64,000 bases of DNA from Flavobacteriales bacterium (GTDB lineage: Bacteria > Bacteroidota > Bacteroidia > Flavobacteriales_D > Sanyastnellaceae): assembly GCA_044354975.1 (NCBI GenBank), contig JBIKZA010000001.1:11094-75093 (forward strand). Reading direction: 5' to 3'. Both the position numbers and the translations under genes were made by a program. Positions 20,340 to 29,211 of the stretch are shown piece after piece; positions within the stretch are counted from its first letter, which is position 1; each line of letters begins with the position of its first letter. Under the pieces are notes generated by a model that had not been told where the DNA came from, made no database searches, and saw only the letters and a list, made by a program, of their open reading frames with translations.

Positions 20340-22322
20340 ATGACTCAAGAAGAAGAAATAGATTATTTACGTCAACGCGTCGCTGATTTGGAGGAATCTT
20401 GTCGAATGGCCGAAAAGCTATTAGTTAATCGTGAAGCGAAGTTCAAGGGTATTATAGATAATTTTCGTTTAGGATTATTAGAGGTTGAGCCGAGCGGTGT
20501 TATTATTGACGCAAACGAATCGTTTTGTGAAATGAGTGGTTTTAGTATTGATGAACTGTTTGGAAAGGACGGTGGTGAGATGTTGTTAGATGAGTTTGAG
20601 AAGGAACGTATGAAGGAGCGCAACGCCTCACGAAGTGAAGGTGAAACAGATGTTTATGAGTTGCGCGTATTAAATAAGAATGGAGAAACGCGTTATTGGC
20701 TGGTGAGTGCTGCGCCGTTGTTAGGCGATGATGGAAATATACACGGTTCTATTGGTATTCATTGGGACATTACCGAAATGAAGCAATTGGAATTTGAGTT
20801 GAAGGGAGCCCGTCAAAAAGCAGAAGAATCGTCGAAAGCGAAGGCTATGTTCTTGGCGAACATGAGTCATGAAATTCGCACCCCTCTGAATGGAATTGTG
20901 GGCATGGCCGAGCAGCTGTCGCAATCGCAGCTCGATGCGGACCAGCGATATTTCACCGATATCATGCGATCAGCGTCTTCTACCCTGCTTTCGATTATTA
21001 ATGACGTGTTAGACATTTCGAAAATTGAATCTGGAAAATTTAGCATTGAAACGACCCCTTTCAACTTAAACGAAACCATTCGAAGAACACTTAGCATTTT
21101 TGGAGAGAAGGCTAAACAAAGCAATTTATCGTTGGACATTGAGCTAATGGACGATCGGGGAATTATGCATCTGGGAGATCCACACCGCCTAAGTCAGGTG
21201 CTTTTCAACATTGTTGGAAATGCAATGAAGTTCACTCAAGTAGGATACGTGCGAGTTACCTCACAACTTGCTCGAGGAGAAAACGATATGTGCTTCGTTT
21301 CGTTTTCAATTGAAGACACGGGGGTTGGAATGGATATGGCTTATTTGACAAAGGTGTTTGAAGCGTTTACCCAAGAAGACGCGAGCGTTACTCGAAAGTT
21401 TGGAGGAAGCGGCCTAGGCTTGAGTATCGCGCGAAACATTGTGCACATTATGGGAGGCACCATTGAAATTGAAAGCGAAAAAGGGAAAGGTACCCGGGTT
21501 AACATTCGCATTCCAATGAGAATATCGAATGAAAAAACGAAACAGGATATAGTAGAAATTACAGATTTACAAAAATCGCTTAAAGGTCTTCGCGTCTTAG
21601 CTGTTGAAGACAATGAGCTGAATCGCATGGTTCTTCAAGTTATCTTAAAAAAGTGCGAAGTTGTTTTAACCATTGCGCATAATGGTCAAGAGGCCATTGA
21701 TCTTATTCAACAACAAGAATTTGACCTTGTGCTAATGGATGTTCAGATGCCAATCGTTGATGGATTAGAAGCCACGAAGTACATCCGGAATGAATTGAAA
21801 ATGATCATCCCGATTATTGGATTGAGCGCAAACGCCATGCGTGAAGAGGTTGAGATTTGTAAGCAGGCGGGTATGAACGATTATTTGGTGAAACCTTATT
21901 CAGAACGAGTGTTGGTGGAAATAATGAAAAAGTGGAGTACTGAAGTGATGGCGACAGAATCTAAAAAGGATGGGAATGAAGTTGCGGAAGAGTTAGATCT
22001 TTCCGTTTTGAAACAATACGTAGGAAATGATATTGACGCATTGAGAGATGTTGTTACCGGATACCTAAAGCACCTTCCCCCACAATTGGACCGACTGGAA
22101 TTGGCTTTGGTTGGTTCAGATGTTTTGGCTTTGCGTCACGAGCTTCATCAGTTGAAAGCGAGCATGGAAATTATAGGTGTCAGACCAGACGGACTATCTT
22201 TTGCAGCCATTTCGAACGAATTAAAATCAGATGGTTTATCTGACCTTGTGAAAACTGCCATTAACTCTGTTATTACAAAAGGAAAGGACGCCATTATTAG
22301 TCTACGCAAGACCGTTGAATAG
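20340..22322 (+). CDS. hybrid sensor histidine kinase/response regulator (PAS-HisKA-HATPase-REC-Hpt)
   Basis: PAS region, H-box SHEIRTPLNG, G-boxes, receiver (DLVLMDVQMPIVDG) and a C-terminal Hpt-like HQLKASMEIIG. Confidence 0.9.
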   Translation: MTQEEEIDYLRQRVADLEESCRMAEKLLVNREAKFKGIIDNFRLGLLEVEPSGVIIDANESFCEMSGFSIDELFGKDGGEMLLDEFEKERMKERNASRSEGETDVYELRVLNKNGETRYWLVSAAPLLGDDGNIHGSIGIHWDITEMKQLEFELKGARQKAEESSKAKAMFLANMSHEIRTPLNGIVGMAEQLSQSQLDADQRYFTDIMRSASSTLLSIINDVLDISKIESGKFSIETTPFNLNETIRRTLSIFGEKAKQSNLSLDIELMDDRGIMHLGDPHRLSQVLFNIVGNAMKFTQVGYVRVTSQLARGENDMCFVSFSIEDTGVGMDMAYLTKVFEAFTQEDASVTRKFGGSGLGLSIARNIVHIMGGTIEIESEKGKGTRVNIRIPMRISNEKTKQDIVEITDLQKSLKGLRVLAVEDNELNRMVLQVILKKCEVVLTIAHNGQEAIDLIQQQEFDLVLMDVQMPIVDGLEATKYIRNELKMIIPIIGLSANAMREEVEICKQAGMNDYLVKPYSERVLVEIMKKWSTEVMATESKKDGNEVAEELDLSVLKQYVGNDIDALRDVVTGYLKHLPPQLDRLELALVGSDVLALRHELHQLKASMEIIGVRPDGLSFAAISNELKSDGLSDLVKTAINSVITKGKDAIISLRKTVE

Positions 22323-22346
22323 GCCTATAATTTCAGCCTAAAACAA

Positions 22347-22379
22347 ACGCAGATTAAGAATTATAGTTTAATCTTGCGT
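22347..22379 (+). other. intercistronic stem-loop between kinase and REC-PP2C genes
   Basis: 11-bp stem acgcagattaa / ttaatc(t)tgcgt with a 10-nt loop and no T tract. Confidence 0.35.
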
Positions 22380-22395
22380 CGTAAATCCACACCAA

Positions 22396-23649
22396 TTGAG
22401 AAGAGGAAAACGATACATTATTCTTGTAGATGATGAAGCTATTATTCTGAGCGTCTTATCGCTTCATGTAAAAAGCTTTTTACCGGAAGGAATTGAATTG
22501 CTAACCGCTCATTCAGGCGAAAGTGCGTTAGAAAAACTAACCCCCTTACTTGAAGAAGGCGGAGAACTTTTGTGTGTTATTAGCGACTATATGATGTCTC
22601 CAATGAGAGGCAGTGAATTGTTGGGTCAATTGGAAATACTTTCACCGGCGAGCAAAAAGATAATGCTAACGGGTCAGGCTGATTTACAGGCGGTTTCAGA
22701 AGTCTTAGGTAAAGCTCGATTGTTTCGATACATAGAAAAACCTTGGGAGCCGAAGGACTTGGAGCTTACGGTGCTCGAGGCCATTAACATGTATGACAAC
22801 GAAACGGAATTAGCCAAGCGGACACAAGAGCTTGAGATTCTGCACAAGGAATTGGAGCAAAAAGTTATAGATAGAACTGCGGAATTAAATCAGAAAAACG
22901 AAGAGCTTAGGCAGGGACTTCAATACGCGCGATTTGTTCAAGAGTGCTTTTTACCAAATCACACAGATGCATGGGATGTATTGCCGAAACTGCATGTGTT
23001 TAGCACTTCGGCAGAAGCTGTTTCAGGAGACTTTTATTGGTATAAAAATTTGGGAGATTCTGTTCTTATTGCTCAAGGCGATTGCACAGGACACGGCCTA
23101 GCTGGCGCCCTACTTACTGTTTTGGTAAGTGATTTTCTTTCTGAAAAAACAAGTCACCTTGTTGGGGCGGTTAACGTGAAGGAAATTGTGAGCGGCACTG
23201 TTTACGATTTGAAGAAGAGATTGCGCAGAGATGTTCAATATTCAGATATGGTTGCAGGTTTTGACTTGGCACTTATGCATGTTAATTTAAAAACAGGCTA
23301 CGCTGATTGGGGGAGTTTGAATTCGAATCTCATGTTGGTGAATGAAAACAATCAGGTTGAAATAATTTCAAAGTCGAAGGGGTTTCTTCATTTAGACCTT
23401 GAACAAACAGATGTTGCCGGAGGGAATGTGAATATCAAAGGAAAGCGCGTTGTCATGTGTTCAGATGGACTTTACGATCAGATAGGCGAGGTTTCGAACA
23501 AGCGGCTTCGCATGAGTGGCCTTATTCAATGGATTGAAAGCGGACAGGTTTTCTTCGACAACAAATGCGGCATAGATGATTTGTTTGCTACCTGGAAAGG
23601 AGCGCAAGATCAAACCGATGATGCCACATGGGTGAGCTTTCAGCTTTAG
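22396..23649 (+). CDS. response regulator with PP2C/SpoIIE-type phosphatase output domain
   Basis: REC domain (ILVDDE.., ISDYMMSPM), coiled coil, and PP2C-like motifs VSGDFYWY, GDCTGHG, DGLYDQ. TTG start. Confidence 0.85.
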   Translation: MRRGKRYIILVDDEAIILSVLSLHVKSFLPEGIELLTAHSGESALEKLTPLLEEGGELLCVISDYMMSPMRGSELLGQLEILSPASKKIMLTGQADLQAVSEVLGKARLFRYIEKPWEPKDLELTVLEAINMYDNETELAKRTQELEILHKELEQKVIDRTAELNQKNEELRQGLQYARFVQECFLPNHTDAWDVLPKLHVFSTSAEAVSGDFYWYKNLGDSVLIAQGDCTGHGLAGALLTVLVSDFLSEKTSHLVGAVNVKEIVSGTVYDLKKRLRRDVQYSDMVAGFDLALMHVNLKTGYADWGSLNSNLMLVNENNQVEIISKSKGFLHLDLEQTDVAGGNVNIKGKRVVMCSDGLYDQIGEVSNKRLRMSGLIQWIESGQVFFDNKCGIDDLFATWKGAQDQTDDATWVSFQL

Positions 23650-23742
23650 TAAAAAACCGAAAATTTTCGAAACTTGTCAAAAGGGGCTAATCCTTTTTGA
23701 ACACCTCACATTTATTTGAATGTCCTCAATTACATTTGATGC

Positions 23743-24537
23743 ATGAAGCAGTATCACGATTTGTTGCAACACCTTTTAGATAATGGTGTGAAGAAAGAAG
23801 ATCGCACAGGAACGGGAACTTACAGCGTTTTCGGACATCAAATGCGATTTAATTTAGCGGAAGGATTTCCGCTTATAACAACGAAGAAGCTTCATACACG
23901 AAGCATTTTCGTAGAGCTTTTGTGGTTTCTAAAAGGCGACACGAACATTTCTTATTTAAAGGATAACGGGGTTTCCATTTGGGATGAATGGGCCGATGAA
24001 AACGGGAACTTAGGTCCTGTATACGGCTACCAGTGGCGCTCATGGCCGAATCCAGACGGAACTTCAACCGATCAGATTGTGAATTTGGTAAACGGATTGA
24101 AGAATAATCCAAACAGTCGCCGACACATTGTTTCTGCTTGGAACCCTTCATTCATTGAGGACATGGCTCTTCCGCCCTGCCACTGTTTGTTTCAGTTTTA
24201 TGTGGCCGATGGAAAATTGAGTTGTCAATTGTACCAAAGAAGTTGCGATACATTTTTAGGTGTTCCCTTCAACATAGCTTCATACGCGTTGTTGGTTCAT
24301 ATGATTGCACAAGTGTGCGATTTGGAAGTGGGTGATTTTGTTTGGACCGGAGGAGATGTACATTTGTATTCAAACCACGTGGATCAAGCGAAACTGCAAT
24401 TGACTCGTGAACACCGCACGCTTCCAACCTTAAAATTAAATTCAGAAGTGAAAGATCTGTTTGCCTTCACTATGGACGACATTTCAATTGAAAACTACGA
24501 TCCGCATCCACACATTAAAGCCGCAGTTGCAATCTAA
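23743..24537 (+). CDS. thyA: thymidylate synthase
   Basis: 264 aa; DRTGTGT, active-site PPCH and full-length ThyA pattern. Confidence 0.97.
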   Translation: MKQYHDLLQHLLDNGVKKEDRTGTGTYSVFGHQMRFNLAEGFPLITTKKLHTRSIFVELLWFLKGDTNISYLKDNGVSIWDEWADENGNLGPVYGYQWRSWPNPDGTSTDQIVNLVNGLKNNPNSRRHIVSAWNPSFIEDMALPPCHCLFQFYVADGKLSCQLYQRSCDTFLGVPFNIASYALLVHMIAQVCDLEVGDFVWTGGDVHLYSNHVDQAKLQLTREHRTLPTLKLNSEVKDLFAFTMDDISIENYDPHPHIKAAVAI

Positions 24538-25046
24538 TGGAAATTTCAGTAATTGCCGCCATGGGCGTGAATCGGGAGATTGGGAAAGACAACGATTTAA
24601 TGTGGCATCTTCCGAACGATATGAAGTTCTTCAAGGACACTACGAAGGGTCATCACATTATCATGGGAAGAAAAAACTACGAAAGCATTCCAGAGGCTTT
24701 TCGTCCGTTTAAAAACCGTGTGAATATTGTTTTATCTCGCGATAAAAATTACGACGCTCCAGGTTGTGTGGTGTTCGACGAACTGAGTCGAGCATTGGGT
24801 TTTTCGCGCGAAGGCGGAGAAACGGAAGTATTCATTATCGGCGGCGAGCAAATCTACGCTTGGGCTTTACGTGAAGGCTTTGTTCAGCACATTTATCTGA
24901 CGCATATTGAAGGGGAATTCTCTGGAGCCCATGCGCATTTCCCTGAGTTCGATGCGAGTTTATATTCGAGAGAGTTAATCTTGGAACAAGAGGTTGATGA
25001 GAAGCATGCGTTTGCTTTTAAAACGTTTAAGTACACTTTGGTTTAG
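24537..25046 (+). CDS. folA: dihydrofolate reductase
   Basis: 169 aa; IAAMG.NR.IG..N.LPW pattern variant and GRKTYESIP-like motif. TAATG overlap with thyA. Confidence 0.92.
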   Translation: MEISVIAAMGVNREIGKDNDLMWHLPNDMKFFKDTTKGHHIIMGRKNYESIPEAFRPFKNRVNIVLSRDKNYDAPGCVVFDELSRALGFSREGGETEVFIIGGEQIYAWALREGFVQHIYLTHIEGEFSGAHAHFPEFDASLYSRELILEQEVDEKHAFAFKTFKYTLV

Positions 25047-25280
25047 TTGCTTTGCAAGGTTCTACGAAAGATGCAATTATAAGATGCAAGCAAGATTCTT
25101 CGAAAGATGTGTTACAAGATGCTCCGCAAGATTCTTCGAAAGATGTGTTACAAGATGCTCCGCAAGATTCTTCGCAAGATGTGTTACAAGATGCTCCGCA
25201 AGATTCTTCGAAAGATGCCTTCGGCAAGTATTTCGTTAGCGTAGCTTCTTTTGAAAAATCTTACGAAGGATCTTTCAACA
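25047..25280. repeat. mini-hairpin array, AGA linker (15 plus-oriented units incl. a 36-bp higher-order repeat x3, then about 2 degenerate inverted TCT units)
   Basis: aga|ttc-ttc-gaa|aga|tgt-gtt-aca|aga|tgc-tcc-gca| repeated. Starts 1 nt after the folA stop. Centre is cttttgaaaaatctt at 25248-25262. Confidence 0.9.
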
Positions 25281-25283
25281 AAA

Positions 25284-25622
25284 CTATTTATTCTTCTTTG
25301 ATTTAGGCTTTACGAGGTCGAAGCTGTGTTGAACAAGTTCTCTCAATAACTTGTCTGAAACGTCGCTATTTGGAACGACAAGGTTCCAATGTTTTTTGCT
25401 GGTGTGATAACCGGGTTGAATGCCGTTGTATTCTTCACGAAGTTCGATTGCTCTTTCGGGGTCGCATTTGAGGTTGATTCCTTTTTCGAAGTTATCGAGG
25501 TTAACCATAGCGAAGATTTTATTTTCAATTCGAAAAACCAAAGCACTTTCGTCGAAGGGTAAATCGGAAGTTACCTCTTCACTAATGGCTTGACACGTTT
25601 CAAAAAAATCTTCTATGTTCAT
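25284..25622 (-). CDS. MmcQ/YjbR family DNA-binding protein
   Basis: 112 aa starting at MNIEDFFETCQ (ATG 25622, 1-nt overlap with the upstream stop); YjbR-like pattern. Confidence 0.7.
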   Translation of the reverse strand: MNIEDFFETCQAISEEVTSDLPFDESALVFRIENKIFAMVNLDNFEKGINLKCDPERAIELREEYNGIQPGYHTSKKHWNLVVPNSDVSDKLLRELVQHSFDLVKPKSKKNK

Positions 25623-26548
25623 CAGTCGTAAGCTGCACAAGGAACGTGATTGCGTTCTTTGAGTCCACACGCTCTGAACCCAAGGGTTATCTCGTGCGAG
25701 TTGGTAGCGGCGTAGCGCAAGCGATTTGCTGTAATGTCGTATGCGTATGCAATGGTTAAATAGGGAAGCGCATCTAATTTCACAAGGGCAGATCCGCCGT
25801 GACCGGTTCTACCTGCTATTCCAATTGCAATTATTTTTTTGTAATCAAGCATCGCCTGTCCCTCTAATGATGGTTTGCTTCTCCCAACATAATTCAACAA
25901 CGCGGCGGGTTTGAAGGTAAAGTTATCGTTCAGCTGTATGGCTTTTCCATAGGCTAAAGTAAAGTGCCTTCTCATCTGTGTGTCTGGAAGTCCTTTTACT
26001 TTGGGTTGTGTAAGTTGTCTAACAGACAGACCGAAGAAACGGTCTTTGCGGTAAAGCCACAATCCGAAATTTACCGTAGGGGCTACGATGCTTCCCAGAG
26101 AGTTTCCAATCACCGGATCTATTTCAATATCGGGCATTGAAATTCCACCTAAACCAAGGCGGTATTGCGTAAAGCCCACACCAATTCCTGAAGACAAGGA
26201 GTAGCCCTTCGTTAATTTCATATGGTAGGCGTAGTTAGCTACGAGTGAAGTGGTACCGAACGGTCCGTAGAAATCGTTTTCCACCATAACACCGAGTCCG
26301 TGAAAATTGTATCTGCGTTGCCCGAATTTGTTATGAACGTTTACATACCCTGTTGTTGGTGCACCCTGAAATCCCGTCCACTGCTTGCGGTATCCTACAC
26401 GAGCCTCCAAGCATGGCGTGCTTCCGGTTACAGCGGGATTGTAATTTAAATAGTTGTACGTGAAATTCGTGTAATGCGGAAGCTGTTGTGCTTGCACATT
26501 GGAACTGAAGATCCACAAAAGGGCGAGTATGGTCAGGATCTTTTTCAT
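25622..26548 (-). CDS. PorP/SprF-family type IX secretion system membrane protein
   Basis: 308 aa; signal peptide then QQLPHYTNFTYNYLNYNPAVTG, the typical PorP/SprF N-terminus; beta-barrel-like remainder. Confidence 0.85.
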   Translation of the reverse strand: MKKILTILALLWIFSSNVQAQQLPHYTNFTYNYLNYNPAVTGSTPCLEARVGYRKQWTGFQGAPTTGYVNVHNKFGQRRYNFHGLGVMVENDFYGPFGTTSLVANYAYHMKLTKGYSLSSGIGVGFTQYRLGLGGISMPDIEIDPVIGNSLGSIVAPTVNFGLWLYRKDRFFGLSVRQLTQPKVKGLPDTQMRRHFTLAYGKAIQLNDNFTFKPAALLNYVGRSKPSLEGQAMLDYKKIIAIGIAGRTGHGGSALVKLDALPYLTIAYAYDITANRLRYAATNSHEITLGFRACGLKERNHVPCAAYD

Positions 26549-27558
26549 CTTAATATGGAAACGATTCCGACATACGGTGGTATGTACAAGTTGTAGGTAT
26601 TCAATTCAATGACATAGTAGTACGCACCAGTAGGTAAATACTTTCCGTTGTTTGTGCCGTCCCACGGCGTGCGATATCCGAGCGATTTAAATACTTGTTG
26701 TCCCCATCTATCGAAAACACTTACCACAGCGGCTTCGAAAACGGGTCGGTCAATTCCGCCGATTGTCCACGTGTCGTCTATGTTATCGTCATTCGGAGTA
26801 AGTGCGTTGTAAATTGAAATTGGAGATAGAATATTGACGAAAATAGGAGCGTTCACGGTGCAGTCTCCGATGGTTCCAACCGCGGAAATGGAGATCGTTT
26901 GCCCCTCTTCAGTTGGATAAAAGGTCATGGTTGAATCGCTGGTTATCTCGTTGAATTCCGGCATGGGATCCCAAGTGTAAGTTGTTCCCGGGCTTCCACC
27001 TTGCGCTATGGCTGAAGTGGATTCGCCCAAAACAATTTCATAAGGAAATGTTCCTGCGGCTATATCTACCACAGTTCCCCCAATGAATAAATCGTATGAA
27101 CAAATTCCGAAAAGAGGGTCGTGATCTGAACCAACTAGAATTACATAGTCGTGATCAGGGAGCAATCCACCCACGAAAAAAACTTCACTCGAATCTGTGG
27201 AGAAACACGGACTAATAATGTTGTACGACGCTGGCAAGCACGGGTCTGAAGAAGGAATTAGTTCAGCAACCACAAGCCCCATGGTGTTGTTCCCAGAAAA
27301 ATCATCGCAATCCTGCAGCAGTAATGCCGCTTCAAGGACACCATTTGGAGTGGTTCCAGTATGAAAGCTGTAAAAATTTGTCATTGAATAACTAAAACAA
27401 CCCGTGTTGAATGGAGCCGAAACCAATTGGTTGGTCGTAACAGGCGCATCGGCGCATAACACATTGTTTTCGACAGAGGCACACGGTTGAGCCATGGCCT
27501 GCAAGGCGACGAACAATAGAGTTATGCTTAAAAACAGCTGTTTCATTTGACTATTCAA
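26545..27558 (-). CDS. secreted protein with T9SS type B (gliding-motility-associated) C-terminal domain
   Basis: Signal peptide; C-terminus ..TPNDDNIDDTWTI..VFDRWGQQVF..WDGTNNGKYLPTGAYYYVIEL. Confidence 0.8.
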   Translation of the reverse strand: MNSQMKQLFLSITLLFVALQAMAQPCASVENNVLCADAPVTTNQLVSAPFNTGCFSYSMTNFYSFHTGTTPNGVLEAALLLQDCDDFSGNNTMGLVVAELIPSSDPCLPASYNIISPCFSTDSSEVFFVGGLLPDHDYVILVGSDHDPLFGICSYDLFIGGTVVDIAAGTFPYEIVLGESTSAIAQGGSPGTTYTWDPMPEFNEITSDSTMTFYPTEEGQTISISAVGTIGDCTVNAPIFVNILSPISIYNALTPNDDNIDDTWTIGGIDRPVFEAAVVSVFDRWGQQVFKSLGYRTPWDGTNNGKYLPTGAYYYVIELNTYNLYIPPYVGIVSILR

Positions 27559-28051
27559 AAGTAATCATGACCGATCCTTTTTCAACGGCCTGACCTGCAT
27601 TCACTGAAATGCTTTTGACTATACCGTCGGTTGGACTCTTGATAACGTTCTCCATTTTCATGGCTTCTAGAATTAACAGAGGCTCGTCTTTTTTTATTTC
27701 CTTTCCGATTTCTGCACTTATTGAAAGCACAAGTCCTGGCATTGGAGATTTCACTTGTTTAATTTTTGCGTTGTTCACGGAAGAGAATCCCAGGGAATTC
27801 AACAAAGCGTCTAACGGCTCTTCTAACCTAACCTCCGTTGTTTTATTGTTGACCTTCAACACAACTTTTTTCTCTTCCTTGGAAAGAGAGATAACCTCTA
27901 CGTTCACGCTTTTTCCCTTCCAAACGAAATGCAGATGAGCCCCATTTTGCAGGAGGTCTAGCGGCAGTGATTGGTCGTTTAACAAAACGGTTTTACTGTT
28001 TATGTTCGAAGAAACTTCGAATGCGGGAGCATTATTTACAGTGGCCTTCAT
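27551..28051 (-). CDS. biotin carboxyl carrier (biotin/lipoyl attachment domain) protein
   Basis: 166 aa with the biotinylation motif EAMKMEN in a C-terminal hammerhead domain. Confidence 0.8.
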   Translation of the reverse strand: MKATVNNAPAFEVSSNINSKTVLLNDQSLPLDLLQNGAHLHFVWKGKSVNVEVISLSKEEKKVVLKVNNKTTEVRLEEPLDALLNSLGFSSVNNAKIKQVKSPMPGLVLSISAEIGKEIKKDEPLLILEAMKMENVIKSPTDGIVKSISVNAGQAVEKGSVMITFE

Positions 28052-28095
28052 TTCTTATTCGTCTTACGTACGCGAAGCTAACTAAATTCGCGCAG

Positions 28096-29202
28096 ATGAT
28101 GGGTGTCTATTTTCATATTCCGTTCTGCAGGCATGCCTGTCACTATTGCGATTTTCATTTTTCAACGAAGCTTGATGCGCAAGAAGATTTGGTAGTAGCT
28201 ATGTTGAAGGAAATGGCGCTTCGCAAAGAAGAGTTTGTGCAGCATGAAATAAGCACCATCTATTTTGGCGGAGGAACTCCTTCGCTGCTTACTGAATCGC
28301 AGCTCGGAAGAATGTTAGAAAGCTTGGGCGAAGGGATGTCTTCGGCGAAAGAAATTACGTTGGAAGCCAATCCGGAAGACCTTACACCTGAATATTTGCG
28401 GATGCTTCAGCGTCTTGGAATAAACAGGCTGAGCATAGGAGTTCAATCTTTTTATAACGAGCACCTCGAATACATGAACCGCAAGCACACCGGTGCTCAA
28501 GCGGAAGCCGCGATCAAACGCGCGCAAGACGCAGGAATCACTAACATTACGGCAGATCTTATTTTTGGAATTCCCATTGCAACGTTTTCCCAATGGCAGT
28601 CGAATGTGGAGCAATTGCTTCAGTTGGAAATTCCGCATTTCAGTGCCTATGCGCTTACGATTGAAGAGAAAACGGTATTCGGCGCTCGGCAGAAAAAAGG
28701 AATGCTAGAGCCGCAGAAAGACGAAGAGGTTGAAAAGAGTTTTTTGTATTTGCATGAAACTGCGAAGCTTCTCGGATACGAGCATTACGAGCTTTCGAAT
28801 TACGCGAAGCCAGGCTTTCGCTCTGTTCATAACGGGAATTACTGGAAAGGCATTTCCTATGTCGGTTTCGGGCCTTCGGCACATTCTTTTTCGGAAGGAA
28901 AACGTCGCTGGAACATTTCGAATAACGCGCAGTACATTCGATTGATAGAATTGAAAAAAGAATTTTTCGAGGTGGAAGAGCTTACTGAGGTGGATTGTTC
29001 GAACGAACGAATCATGGTCGGACTTCGAACATGCGAAGGAATTGAATGGAAAGATTTTCCCGACGATTGGAGGAAAGAGAACGAACGGAATTTTTTCAAG
29101 TATGTGGAAGGAGGAAATGCAGAAATGAACGAAGTTGGATTTCGACTTACGCCGAAGGGATGGCTCATTTCCGACCACATTATTTCAACATTATTTATTT
29201 AA
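28096..29202 (+). CDS. hemW: radical SAM heme chaperone HemW (HemN-like, oxygen-independent coproporphyrinogen oxidase family)
   Basis: Starts MMGVYFHIPFCRHACHYCDF (CxxxCxxC). ORF-track start 27967 rejected because it overlaps the divergent gene. Confidence 0.85.
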   Translation: MMGVYFHIPFCRHACHYCDFHFSTKLDAQEDLVVAMLKEMALRKEEFVQHEISTIYFGGGTPSLLTESQLGRMLESLGEGMSSAKEITLEANPEDLTPEYLRMLQRLGINRLSIGVQSFYNEHLEYMNRKHTGAQAEAAIKRAQDAGITNITADLIFGIPIATFSQWQSNVEQLLQLEIPHFSAYALTIEEKTVFGARQKKGMLEPQKDEEVEKSFLYLHETAKLLGYEHYELSNYAKPGFRSVHNGNYWKGISYVGFGPSAHSFSEGKRRWNISNNAQYIRLIELKKEFFEVEELTEVDCSNERIMVGLRTCEGIEWKDFPDDWRKENERNFFKYVEGGNAEMNEVGFRLTPKGWLISDHIISTLFI

Positions 29203-29211
29203 TCTTGTAAC

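Noticed and set aside
23658-23702. Possible terminator hairpins after the REC-PP2C gene (cgaaaattttcg; caaaagg..ccttttg)
   Set aside because: The stems are almost entirely A:T with no following T tract, which is too weak to annotate.
24994-25306. Three overlapping ORFs (24994..25239 +, 25052..25306 +, 25027..25227 -) with repetitive translations such as QDSSKDVLQDAP
   Set aside because: They lie entirely in the 12-nt-period AGA hairpin array. Open frames on both strands and in several phases are a by-product of the period, not evidence of coding.
27967-28095. N-terminal extensions offered by the ORF track for hemW. Likewise 5392-5466 exbB, 32098-32286 rlmN, 38064-38105, 42446-42538 glyQS, 43155-43226 purQ, 52966-52998 pheT and 25623-25670 mmcQ.
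   Set aside because: The extensions overlap neighbouring genes or divergent promoters. Conserved family N-termini begin at the internal ATG in every case.
28705-29178. 157-aa and 107-aa minus-strand ORFs
   Set aside because: They are antisense to hemW, with no independent support.
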